Program-made: the position numbers and the translations under genes | Part shown: one piece after another, positions 22,118-33,731 of the stretch | Layout of the letters: every line of letters starts with the position of its first letter | How positions within the stretch are numbered: position 1 is the stretch's first letter | Source of the DNA: an uncultured Candidatus Actinomarina sp. | GTDB lineage: Bacteria > Actinomycetota > Acidimicrobiia > Actinomarinales > Actinomarinaceae | Length of the DNA stretch: 64,000 nt | Reading direction: 5' to 3' | NCBI GenBank assembly: GCA_902597375.1 | Contig: CACJXH010000001.1 | Coordinates: 12,195-76,194, forward strand | Notes under the pieces: model-generated | Database searches by the model: none | What the model was told of the DNA's origin: nothing | The model's input: the letters and a program-made list of their open reading frames with translations, nothing else

Positions 22118-22249
22118 AAGGAGCATAGAACATTTAGTTCTAAGGTTAATCACCGGTTGTCTACAAGACTGATACATTACTCAGCTGTGAAAAAGTCATT
22201 CGGCTTTTTGAAAATTGTATAGCAAGCGCAATTGCAAAGTATTCATATA

Positions 22250-25306
<3,057 letters not shown>

Positions 25307-25356
25307 TGAAGACGGCGTATGAGCGCTTGCTATAGAATTTTTAAGAAGTTGATTAT

Positions 25357-25472
<116 letters not shown>

Positions 25473-25483
25473 ATTTATTGAAA

Positions 25484-25511
25484 AACCCCTAGTTAACTAG
25501 GGGTTTTTTTA
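25484..25511 (+). terminator. Rho-independent terminator of the rrn operon
   Basis: AAAAACCCCTAG-TTAA-CTAGGGGTTTTTTT is a perfect 7-bp GC-rich stem followed by a 7-T run immediately after 5S. Confidence 0.75.
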
Positions 25512-25553
25512 TATTCTATTACAAACTTTATTCTTAATAACTATGATGATTTT

Positions 25554-25976
25554 ATGAATACTGTAAAAATTTTTAAAGCATTTTCATACTTAAATGTATT
25601 TATATTACCAACTTGGATAATTACTCCATTATTAGCAACTGAGACGACTGTTTTTTTTCTAATTTATGAAGGTAACTATTCTAATTTATTTGATTTAACA
25701 CCTGGAAACGGAAATGGACAATCACTTTTAATATTCTATCCAATGGTGCTATATTCTATGCCGATCTATTTTCATTTTCAGTATTTACGTTCAAATAACA
25801 AACTATACGTTTCAATGCTGTTTGATTTTTGGGTTATAATTCTCGTTCTAAGAATATTATCAATTATATCAAAAGGGTTTGTTTGGGATTTTTATATGCA
25901 ATTTGCATTACCTGTGGAAATTATTTTTCCATTTATATTTCTTTATTTTAAGAGTGAATTTTCAAAAATTGATTAA
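25554..25976 (+). CDS. Small polytopic membrane protein of unknown function (paralog A of a tandem pair)
   Basis: 140 aa with about 4 predicted TM helices. It shares the pattern T-x-GNG...L..YP..LY.......QYLRS.N..Y...L...W...L..RI.SII..G.V.D.Y with the next ORF. Confidence 0.5.
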   Translation: MNTVKIFKAFSYLNVFILPTWIITPLLATETTVFFLIYEGNYSNLFDLTPGNGNGQSLLIFYPMVLYSMPIYFHFQYLRSNNKLYVSMLFDFWVIILVLRILSIISKGFVWDFYMQFALPVEIIFPFIFLYFKSEFSKID

Positions 25977-26401
25977 TGTTTAAGATATCTCATAAAATAA
26001 TTCTCGAAACTATGGTTGTCTTTATATTGATAATTATCAGCATTACATCTTTTTATGCTACATTCCTACCTAATACTAAATTTTTATTTTTTGAAGAAAC
26101 ATACTTAGAGTTACTTGCGCTGACAGAGACCGGAGGTAATGGAAAACTTAATTTGTTAACATACCCACTTGGTCTTTATTTTATTTGCGTTTTTACATGT
26201 GTTCAATACTTACGTTCAAGGAATGTTGTGTATATCAATTTTTTAATACTGATGTGGTCTGCTGTTCTTTTAGCAAGAATAATTTCAATAATACTTAGAG
26301 GAGGAATTGTTTTTGACATATATTTTCTCGTTGGTATTTTTCCAGAATTTATTATTGCTCCATTTTTCTTTTTTTTAAGAAATAAAGTTTTTAAATCTTA
26401 A
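25976..26401 (+). CDS. Small polytopic membrane protein of unknown function (paralog B of the tandem pair)
   Basis: 141 aa with the same motif skeleton as paralog A. Its start overlaps A's stop (TAATG). Confidence 0.5.
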   Translation: MFKISHKIILETMVVFILIIISITSFYATFLPNTKFLFFEETYLELLALTETGGNGKLNLLTYPLGLYFICVFTCVQYLRSRNVVYINFLILMWSAVLLARIISIILRGGIVFDIYFLVGIFPEFIIAPFFFFLRNKVFKS

Positions 26402-26404
26402 TAA

Positions 26405-27319
26405 TTATTGATTTTTTAAATAATTCTTTACTCCATTTATTTGCATCTCAAAATTTCCATTACCTATATAATTAGAAATAGTTTTATCATCGATATTTAA
26501 AGATTTATAATTTGCAACTAACCACTCAACAAGTCTATCACTAGCTTCTTTTTGAGTAAGGTCTGGTAAGTTATCAATAAATTGTAACCACAAATCAATG
26601 CTTTCTTTTGCATTATTTATGAGTTCATAAGGATTAGTATGTATTCCGAAATGTGCAATAGCAACTTGTTTTAACTCAAGTTTCTCAATGTTTTCAAGCG
26701 TACTGAACAATACTTCTTTATCAAAATCTGGTGGAGGTAAGTTTGGTTGAACAAAATTACCATGTGGATAAATTAAACCTAGTGTATCGCCCATAAAAAT
26801 TGTTCCTGAAGTTTCATCATAGAATGAGTAATGATGCTTTGCATGACCGGGACTATAAAGTGATTTTATAATTCTGTTTTTATCAATTTTTATGTCCGCC
26901 CCATCATTCAGTTTTTTAATATTCTCCAAAGGGATTGGTTTTATTTCTCCCCAGTTTTTTTTAAGCCATTCTTCTGTATAAACATCACTAACTGCTTTCC
27001 ATAATCTCTCCGGATTTGGCAAATGTTTTAAACCTAATTCATGTACGTATACAAAATTTTCTTTATATTTTTCGTTTAAATGTCCAATTCCACCGACATG
27101 GTCTAAATGTAAATGTGTAATGGCTGTTCTTTTTATATCTTGTATTCCAAGTGACTCTAATGCTGAAATTAAATATGGAAATGAATTTGATGGTCCTACC
27201 TCAATAAGTATTGGATCTGATGTATCTATGTAATAACATGACATTCTTTGAGGTTTACCCTCCATATGAACATCAATTTGATAAATCTTGTCATCAAACT
27301 TTGTCACATCTGTGTTCAT
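26405..27319 (-). CDS. MBL-fold metallo-hydrolase (metallo-beta-lactamase superfamily)
   Basis: 304 aa with the HxHxDH motif (ITHLHLDHVGG) and downstream His/Asp ligands (PGHAKHH, FMGDT, AHFG). Confidence 0.75.
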   Translation of the reverse strand: MNTDVTKFDDKIYQIDVHMEGKPQRMSCYYIDTSDPILIEVGPSNSFPYLISALESLGIQDIKRTAITHLHLDHVGGIGHLNEKYKENFVYVHELGLKHLPNPERLWKAVSDVYTEEWLKKNWGEIKPIPLENIKKLNDGADIKIDKNRIIKSLYSPGHAKHHYSFYDETSGTIFMGDTLGLIYPHGNFVQPNLPPPDFDKEVLFSTLENIEKLELKQVAIAHFGIHTNPYELINNAKESIDLWLQFIDNLPDLTQKEASDRLVEWLVANYKSLNIDDKTISNYIGNGNFEMQINGVKNYLKNQ

Positions 27320-27354
27320 ATATACATTTTTGCATACAAAAGTTATAAACTACA

Positions 27355-28794
27355 ATGTTTACAGTGAATGTTTCATTAGCAAGTACAGCGGAATACAGTT
27401 CAGAAGCAGCTGAATCAATAAAAGATTTAAATCCCAATGCTGCAGATTTACTAATTACAAGTGTAATCACATCAATGGTTACTGATCTTGGTGTTGTTGC
27501 TCCTACTGCTTCTGGACTTTTAACTTATTATGATGGCGATAATAATTCAACACATTCAGTAGATGGTTATTTTGTAGCCCCAAAGAAATTTGATGGAAAT
27601 GATCACGAAGAACATCGAATTTCTATGACTTATGGTGGTCATGTTGAAACATGTAAGGGAGCAAATACATTCGCTGTTCCAGGTATTTATAAGATCCTTA
27701 ACCTAATTTTCGAAAGATACGCATCTCTTCCTTTGGAAAAACTATTAGAATTTCCTATAAATACTGCCAAAGTGGGTTTCAAATTAACCCAACCAACAAA
27801 AGATTACTTTATTCATTCATTAGAACCGATGTTCATGTGGCATGAACAATCAAAAATTGCTTTAGCCAATGTGTATGAAGATTTAGAAAATGGAATTGTT
27901 AAACTTGATAAATTAGCTGACACTCTTAGTCATATGTCAGATGAAGGATTCAATGATTTTTATATTGGGGATATTTCCAAATCTATAGTAGAAACTTTGA
28001 AAATCGAAGGTGGTCATGCGACGAAAGATGATTTCAATGGATATGAATTAATTGAAGAAAATAAGTTTGAATATCAATACAAAAATTTAAAATTAACAGG
28101 GCATTCTGGACCTTCAATTGGTGGCTTAATGGTACTTAAGTACTTAAATGCGTTATCTATAGAATCCAAGAATATTGAAGAAACTCTAAAAAATGTTTAT
28201 TTAGATAGGCAAAATAACTATGAGTTTTTTGGTAGCAGGGGGGACCTAATCAATAAAGAAATATCAAAAATTTCAACATCTTCATCTACAATACAGGTAA
28301 ACACATCTGATAAAAATAATTTTCATTTCTCAATAACCTTTTCCAGTGGCTATGGATCTGGTGTTTTATGTAAAAATACGGGTATGTATTTCAACAACTC
28401 TTTAGGAGAAATTGAGCTAAATCCGCAAGGTTTTCTTGGTGACACCAAGGGAGATAGATTGATATCAAACATGAGTCCCTTAATTATTGAATCAAATGAA
28501 GGAGTTAGTACCATTGGATCTCCAGGTGCTGACAGAATAAGCTCTGCGATAGCTCAAGTTTTAACAAATTATACAAATGGAAACACATGGAAAGAATCAA
28601 TAGATATGCCAAGATTTCATGTAAATGCTGATGGAGGAGTAAGAGCAGAACCAGGATATGATAACATCAATGAAAATACAACAATCACTGAACCGTTTGA
28701 TATGTATTTTGGTGGAGTTTGTGTGACTGGTAGTAATGATGATATTTTTAGTTATGGAGATAAAAGAAGGGGAAATACTTCTTGGAAATGTTAG
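27355..28794 (+). CDS. Gamma-glutamyltranspeptidase (GGT) family protein, possibly non-autoprocessing
   Basis: 479 aa. GGT small-subunit blocks align by eye (NNFHFSITFSSGYGSGV...YFNNSLGE...NMSPLII...GSPGADRISSAIAQVL...DMPRFH). No N-terminal signal peptide is visible. The canonical TTH nucleophile triad appears to read NFH. Confidence 0.65.
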   Translation: MFTVNVSLASTAEYSSEAAESIKDLNPNAADLLITSVITSMVTDLGVVAPTASGLLTYYDGDNNSTHSVDGYFVAPKKFDGNDHEEHRISMTYGGHVETCKGANTFAVPGIYKILNLIFERYASLPLEKLLEFPINTAKVGFKLTQPTKDYFIHSLEPMFMWHEQSKIALANVYEDLENGIVKLDKLADTLSHMSDEGFNDFYIGDISKSIVETLKIEGGHATKDDFNGYELIEENKFEYQYKNLKLTGHSGPSIGGLMVLKYLNALSIESKNIEETLKNVYLDRQNNYEFFGSRGDLINKEISKISTSSSTIQVNTSDKNNFHFSITFSSGYGSGVLCKNTGMYFNNSLGEIELNPQGFLGDTKGDRLISNMSPLIIESNEGVSTIGSPGADRISSAIAQVLTNYTNGNTWKESIDMPRFHVNADGGVRAEPGYDNINENTTITEPFDMYFGGVCVTGSNDDIFSYGDKRRGNTSWKC

Positions 28795-29480
28795 AAAAAC
28801 TACCTCATAAAAATCTTTTTTACTTTGGTTTTATTGTTGTATTTGTATTTATAGGTCTGTCATATTGGCAATTAACAAGGTATCAACAAGATAAACTGAT
28901 AATTGACTCTATTGACTCAAAAGATTTTATAAATGAAATATCTGTGTCAGATTTATATGATTTAAATAAATTTGAAGAATTTACGAAAATTCAATTAACT
29001 GAAAATTTAGAGAATATAGATCTGGTAAAAACTTGGTATTTGCGATCACGTGTTCATAATGGAGAAAACGGATATCACCTTGTTAGTTTGTATGGGACAG
29101 AATTAGAAGAATATTTTTTAATTAATAATGGATGGGTTCCCCTTAATAAAAATGCAGATAAGACATTTTTATACAAAAATCCAAATTTTAAAGGCAGATT
29201 ATTAAGTTACGATATTCAGGGTGTTGGACAAGATGATATACCTGATTCAGATTATTTATTTAGAATAGACAAATCATTTATAGAAAGTGAAACAGGAGTT
29301 GTTCTTCCAGAATTCTATATCGTATTAATAGATGATTGCGGGAGTGGAGTAGAGTGTATAAATTTAGAAGAACCATACGATGCCCCGCATTTAAGTTATG
29401 CTTTTCAGTGGGCTTTTTTTGCTTTATGTTTAACAATTGTTGTACTGAGGAAAAATAATTTAATTACATGGAAAAAATAG
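28782..29480 (+). CDS. SURF1-like membrane protein
   Basis: 232 aa. It has an N-terminal TM followed by the SURF1 hallmark W-Q-L-x-R (SYWQLTRYQQDK) and a C-terminal TM (FALCLTIVVL). It overlaps the GGT-like gene by 13 nt. Confidence 0.6.
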   Translation: MEMLEKLPHKNLFYFGFIVVFVFIGLSYWQLTRYQQDKLIIDSIDSKDFINEISVSDLYDLNKFEEFTKIQLTENLENIDLVKTWYLRSRVHNGENGYHLVSLYGTELEEYFLINNGWVPLNKNADKTFLYKNPNFKGRLLSYDIQGVGQDDIPDSDYLFRIDKSFIESETGVVLPEFYIVLIDDCGSGVECINLEEPYDAPHLSYAFQWAFFALCLTIVVLRKNNLITWKK

Positions 29481-30361
29481 ATTTAAATAACATATCTTTG
29501 TCCTATGAAACAAAGGGTAAGGGGAGTGATGTCTTGTTACTCCATGGCTTTCCATCCAATATGTACATGTGGAATGAAATAAAGAATGAATTAATCGAAA
29601 ATGGCTACAGGGTTACAATCATAGAACAAAGGGGATATCCTTTATCAAGATTAGAAAATTTTGATTTACATTCTTTTAATATTGAAGAATTATCAAAAGA
29701 TATTGAAGAATTAATAGTAAAACTAAAACTTGACCAAAATTTAACAATTGTAGGACATGACTGGGGATCTATTGTTGCATGGGCACTGACATCACGTGAA
29801 AAAGTTAATATTAACAAATTAGTTTCTTTATGCGGTGGAACTGAATTTCCATTATCAGATGTATATAGTAATTTAACATACAGAGAAAAACCTCATTATA
29901 TTTCATCATTTCAAAATGTTAAAGAGTCTGCAAATATTATTGATAACAATCTAGAGTCTTTCTTTAGATCTGCATACAGAAACAATAACCAAATAGGAGA
30001 GAATGTAGATCTTTCACTAAAAAACGTTTTTATAAATTATTCATCAGAAAGTTGTGTCATGAATGAAAATGAAATTGTTAATTTAATTCAACACTTTGAT
30101 GAAACCTCACTAGATCAACCAATTGCATGGTATGCAAATATAGATTTAAACTCAGAGCTAAGCTCAGCCTGGAGAAAGATAGTAACAACTCCCGTACATT
30201 TTGTATTTGGTGAGGTTGATGCTGCTGTAAAATTAAATAACAAAATGCGAGAAAGACTTATGTCTAGTGGAAGCAATGTTAATATAACAGAGATACCTGG
30301 TGCAGGACATTGGCTGCCAATTACTCACAGGGAGAGTGTTTTAGAGGTAATATATGCATAA
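29468..30361 (+). CDS. Alpha/beta-fold hydrolase (epoxide hydrolase / haloalkane dehalogenase-like)
   Basis: 297 aa with the HGFP oxyanion motif (LLHGFPSNMYMW), nucleophile elbow GHDWGS and a C-terminal His (GAGHWLP). It overlaps the SURF1-like gene by 13 nt. Confidence 0.75.
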   Translation: MEKIDLNNISLSYETKGKGSDVLLLHGFPSNMYMWNEIKNELIENGYRVTIIEQRGYPLSRLENFDLHSFNIEELSKDIEELIVKLKLDQNLTIVGHDWGSIVAWALTSREKVNINKLVSLCGGTEFPLSDVYSNLTYREKPHYISSFQNVKESANIIDNNLESFFRSAYRNNNQIGENVDLSLKNVFINYSSESCVMNENEIVNLIQHFDETSLDQPIAWYANIDLNSELSSAWRKIVTTPVHFVFGEVDAAVKLNNKMRERLMSSGSNVNITEIPGAGHWLPITHRESVLEVIYA

Positions 30362-30405
30362 ATTATTATTATCTGTTTGTCCTATAATATATATTATGTT
30401 GCGTA

Positions 30406-31356
30406 ATGTATAAAGCAGTATTACATGATCATTTGGATGGCGGATTAAGGGCAGTTACTGCAAAAGAGCTTGCAATTAAAGACAACTATACTCCCTTACT
30501 TAATGTTGATGACATAAATAGTTTTTTTAATAGAGAATCATCAGAATCTCTTGAAGATTATCTTGAAGCATTTGTACACACAACAGCTTTAATGAATAGT
30601 TACGAAAATCTCGAAAGAATTGCTTTTGAGGCAGCTGAAGATATGCATAATGAAGGTATTACACATTATGAAAGTAGGTACGCTCCCCTCTATTCTGTTA
30701 ATAATTCGTTAACACCAAAGGATGTAATAGATGCAATAAATTCAGGTTTTAAACAAGCTGAAGATTTGTATGGGATACAATCCGGTCTTATTTTGTGTGG
30801 AATGAGAAATGATACAAATAATGTAAAACAAGTTACTGAAATTGCTGTTAATTATAAAGAAAAAATTATTGGCTTTGATATTGCGGGACCTGAATTAAAT
30901 TATTTACCATCATTATTTAGTGATGAATTTAAAAAGCTAGTTGAAAACAATGTGAATTTAACAATACATGCTGGAGAAGGTGATGGAGTAAACTCTATTC
31001 AAGAGGCATTAGATAATGGAGCAAAAAGAATTGGCCACGGTGTACGTATAATTGAAGATATTGACCTTGAAACAGGTTTATTTGGGCCTACAGCAACTTA
31101 TATTTTTGAAAACAATATTCCTCTGGAGATATGTATAACTTCAAACATACACACAAATATGTACTCTGATTACAAAGATCATCCAATAAAAGATTTAATA
31201 GACCTTAACTTTCCAGTTACGATTAATACTGACAACAGACTTATGAGTAATACAAATATACTAAAAGAAATTACTATTGCAGAAAATTTAAATATAACTA
31301 ACGCAAATAAATTGTTAGAAAAATCAGCTAGCTATAGTTTCTTGAATAATTTCTGA
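30406..31356 (+). CDS. add: Adenosine deaminase
   Basis: 316 aa with metal-binding HDHLDG (AVLHDHLDGGLR), IHAGE and TINTDN motifs. Confidence 0.85.
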   Translation: MYKAVLHDHLDGGLRAVTAKELAIKDNYTPLLNVDDINSFFNRESSESLEDYLEAFVHTTALMNSYENLERIAFEAAEDMHNEGITHYESRYAPLYSVNNSLTPKDVIDAINSGFKQAEDLYGIQSGLILCGMRNDTNNVKQVTEIAVNYKEKIIGFDIAGPELNYLPSLFSDEFKKLVENNVNLTIHAGEGDGVNSIQEALDNGAKRIGHGVRIIEDIDLETGLFGPTATYIFENNIPLEICITSNIHTNMYSDYKDHPIKDLIDLNFPVTINTDNRLMSNTNILKEITIAENLNITNANKLLEKSASYSFLNNF

Positions 31357-31656
31357 ATTATTCTTACTAAGTATATTGTAAAAATCTTCTTCGTTGAAAA
31401 GTTTAAAATTAAGATTTGGATAAAGCTTTCTTGCCATTTTTAGTTTTTTTCTTTTTTTTGTTATTAGATTTTGATTCATTGTCGTGATTTCTACAAATAG
31501 GTTAAGCGTTGGTAAGTAAAAATCAGGGGTAAACATTTTTTTAATTGAACCACTACCCCACTCTAAAGGAAAACTCACAGGTTCATATATCCATTCAATA
31601 TCGAATAAGTCTAAGTGTTCTGAAAATGTTTTCTCAGAAGGATGAGCGAATTTCAT
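31324..31656 (-). CDS. Hypothetical protein, translationally coupled (ATGA) to the upstream MerR gene
   Basis: 110 aa ORF filling the add/merR gap. Its 3' end overlaps the add 3' end by 33 nt on the opposite strand. No recognised motifs; D-x(n)-FVEI-T could hint at a PD-(D/E)xK fold but this is speculative. Confidence 0.4.
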   Translation of the reverse strand: MKFAHPSEKTFSEHLDLFDIEWIYEPVSFPLEWGSGSIKKMFTPDFYLPTLNLFVEITTMNQNLITKKRKKLKMARKLYPNLNFKLFNEEDFYNILSKNNSEIIQETIAS

Positions 31657-32096
31657 GCATTCGTTGCAGAAATTTTTTCTGGATAAAGAGAATGAATTTC
31701 TGCTTCCGTTTCAGTGTGAATTGGCCCTAGTGAAATACCAAAGACAGCTTGCCCCTGTTTAATTAGATCTAACATTTCATTATTATTTGTTATTACATAT
31801 ATTGATTTACCATCGGAAAAAATTGAGACGTCTGAAATATCAATATTTTTTCCCAAAATTTGTTTAACATTTTTAAGAGCAAGTCTTATTTTCTGAAGAC
31901 TCACACCAGCTTCTCGCAATTTATTGACTAATTTAATTTTAATAATGTCTTGAAATGAGTAAATTCTATGATATCCAGAACCTTTTATGTTTCTAATTGA
32001 AGCATCAACCAATGATGTTGTTGTCCAATGATCAAGTTGTCTGTATGATATTCCAGTGATTTTACAAACCTCTGGACCTGTGTAACCCTGTTGCAT
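31653..32096 (-). CDS. MerR-family transcriptional regulator
   Basis: 147 aa with an N-terminal MerR HTH (YTGPEVCKITGISYRQLDHW). It sits downstream of a BFN-domain gene, matching the Rv1828-Rv1829-Rv1830 arrangement. Confidence 0.7.
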   Translation of the reverse strand: MQQGYTGPEVCKITGISYRQLDHWTTTSLVDASIRNIKGSGYHRIYSFQDIIKIKLVNKLREAGVSLQKIRLALKNVKQILGKNIDISDVSIFSDGKSIYVITNNNEMLDLIKQGQAVFGISLGPIHTETEAEIHSLYPEKISATNA

Positions 32097-32134
32097 AAGG
32101 TTAATTTACTACCAAAAAATATATAATCAAGGTT

Positions 32135-32614
32135 TTATGCAAAATCCTCTGGATTTATATTATCAATAAAACTCTTAAATTCCTCAATTTCATTGGCTTT
32201 ATCATGAATTAGGTCAATTGAGTTGTTTATAAAAAGATCTTCGTTGACAGAAATAGTAGTATCTGCTCTTAATGCGAGTGCTATAGCGTCACTTGGTCTT
32301 GCAGATAAAGAAACTCTACCTTGATCTCCAAGGATGATGATTTCTGCAAAATAAGTGTTGTCATGAAGATCTGAGATAACAACTTCATCAATATTTCCAT
32401 TTAGGGATTCAATAATATCAATAATTAAATCATGAGTCTGTGGTCTCGGATGCTTTATTCCTTCTTGGGCATATGCAATAGACACTGCTTCAATAGTACC
32501 GATCCAAATTGGTAGAACTTTTTGACTATTTGGATCAAGTAAGAGCATAATTGGAGTTTCAGTATTTTCTTCTAGTCTGATACTGTTTACTTCAACATTA
32601 ATATTCTTTTTCAT
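32135..32614 (-). CDS. Bifunctional nuclease (BFN / DUF151) domain protein
   Basis: 159 aa. PIMLLLDPNSQKVLPIWIGTIEAVSIA and DLI-D-I segments match BFN-domain proteins, which sit between two merR genes in Actinobacteria. Confidence 0.65.
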   Translation of the reverse strand: MKKNINVEVNSIRLEENTETPIMLLLDPNSQKVLPIWIGTIEAVSIAYAQEGIKHPRPQTHDLIIDIIESLNGNIDEVVISDLHDNTYFAEIIILGDQGRVSLSARPSDAIALALRADTTISVNEDLFINNSIDLIHDKANEIEEFKSFIDNINPEDFA

Positions 32615-32664
32615 AATTTAAGAATAGATAAGTTCATAAACATTTTGAAAACAATATTTATAAT

Positions 32665-33615
32665 TTATCGATTATTATTTGCAAAACCTGAAAAAAAGCG
32701 TGTTAAATTTAAATCCCAATTAACTGAATTTAGAGATTCAGAAATTTTAACATTGTAAAAATCATCATTCACAATGTATGCAAACTTAGTTTTACTAAAT
32801 CCAGATAAAGTAATATTAGTAATATTAAATTTGTTCCCAAAAACATACCAGGGTGTAGTTGATTTAACTGTCGTAACGTCTGTGCTGTTTCGTATTTTAT
32901 ATATATCAATATTCGTATCTATAACAACATTGTTTATATATGTATCAATTGAAGCTGTATAAAGATTCTGTGTGTCGATAAAATGGTTATCTTTTTTTTC
33001 ATTAACAAATGACTTATTCACAATAGTTAAAATATTTCTATCATTTGATTGATTTAAACCTATAAAAGTTAACCCAGCTTCATTTGTCCATCCCGTTTTT
33101 AAACCATAGAAGTTTCGATCGATTAATTTATTAGTATTTAGATATACTTTATCCTCACCTTCAATGTTTGATATAAAACTTTGTCTCATAATTATCGATA
33201 ACAGTTCGTAATTATTTACGACTTCCTTTGAAAGAATTAATAAATCACTCAATGTTGTAAAGTGACCTTCTTGATCTAAACCATCAGGATTTTTAAAATT
33301 TGTATTATTCATTCCTAATTGCTGTGCTCTGTTATTCATTAAATTAATGAAGTCATCCATGTCTTCACTAAATAAACTAGCAACGGCAAAACATGCATCA
33401 TTTGCTGAGTAAATAAGTATGAATTCTAATAAACTTTCTATTGTCATAGATTGGCCAGGTTTAAGATAAGCTACTTTTCCTTCATATAAATAATCAGAAG
33501 GTAAAGAAATTTCTATGTAATCACTTAGGTTGTAGTTTTCAATAAGAATCAAAGAAGTCATTAATTTAGTTAAAGAAGCTGGAGCAATGCTTTCATTTAT
33601 ATTTTTAAAATACAT
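32665..33615 (-). CDS. dacB: D-alanyl-D-alanine carboxypeptidase (peptidase S11, PBP5 family); true start probably further upstream
   Basis: SxxK (ASLTKLMT), SxN (YSANDA) and KTG (LKTGWT) motifs are in the canonical order. SxxK lies only 14 aa from the annotated Met. The in-frame upstream region encodes a classical signal peptide (RRFIASFLVSISLLTNIALA-SE) but contains no ATG/GTG/TTG. Confidence 0.75.
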   Translation of the reverse strand: MYFKNINESIAPASLTKLMTSLILIENYNLSDYIEISLPSDYLYEGKVAYLKPGQSMTIESLLEFILIYSANDACFAVASLFSEDMDDFINLMNNRAQQLGMNNTNFKNPDGLDQEGHFTTLSDLLILSKEVVNNYELLSIIMRQSFISNIEGEDKVYLNTNKLIDRNFYGLKTGWTNEAGLTFIGLNQSNDRNILTIVNKSFVNEKKDNHFIDTQNLYTASIDTYINNVVIDTNIDIYKIRNSTDVTTVKSTTPWYVFGNKFNITNITLSGFSKTKFAYIVNDDFYNVKISESLNSVNWDLNLTRFFSGFANNNR

Positions 33616-33731
33616 TAATTCATCATTATCAAGGTCAAAAGATAGATAGTATTGAGTGGTTAATAGATCTTCATCTACTTCAGAAGCTAAAGCAATATTT
33701 GTTAATAATGAAATTGAAACTAAAAATGAAG

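Noticed and set aside
22118-22249. tRNA-Ile/tRNA-Ala in the 16S-23S spacer
   Set aside because: The spacer is only about 130 nt and AT-rich, with no cloverleaf-compatible GC-rich segment.
31545-31730. 61-aa plus-strand ORF between add and merR
   Set aside because: It is antisense to the better-supported 110-aa minus-strand ORF, overlaps the merR 3' end, and is Cys/Phe-rich junk.
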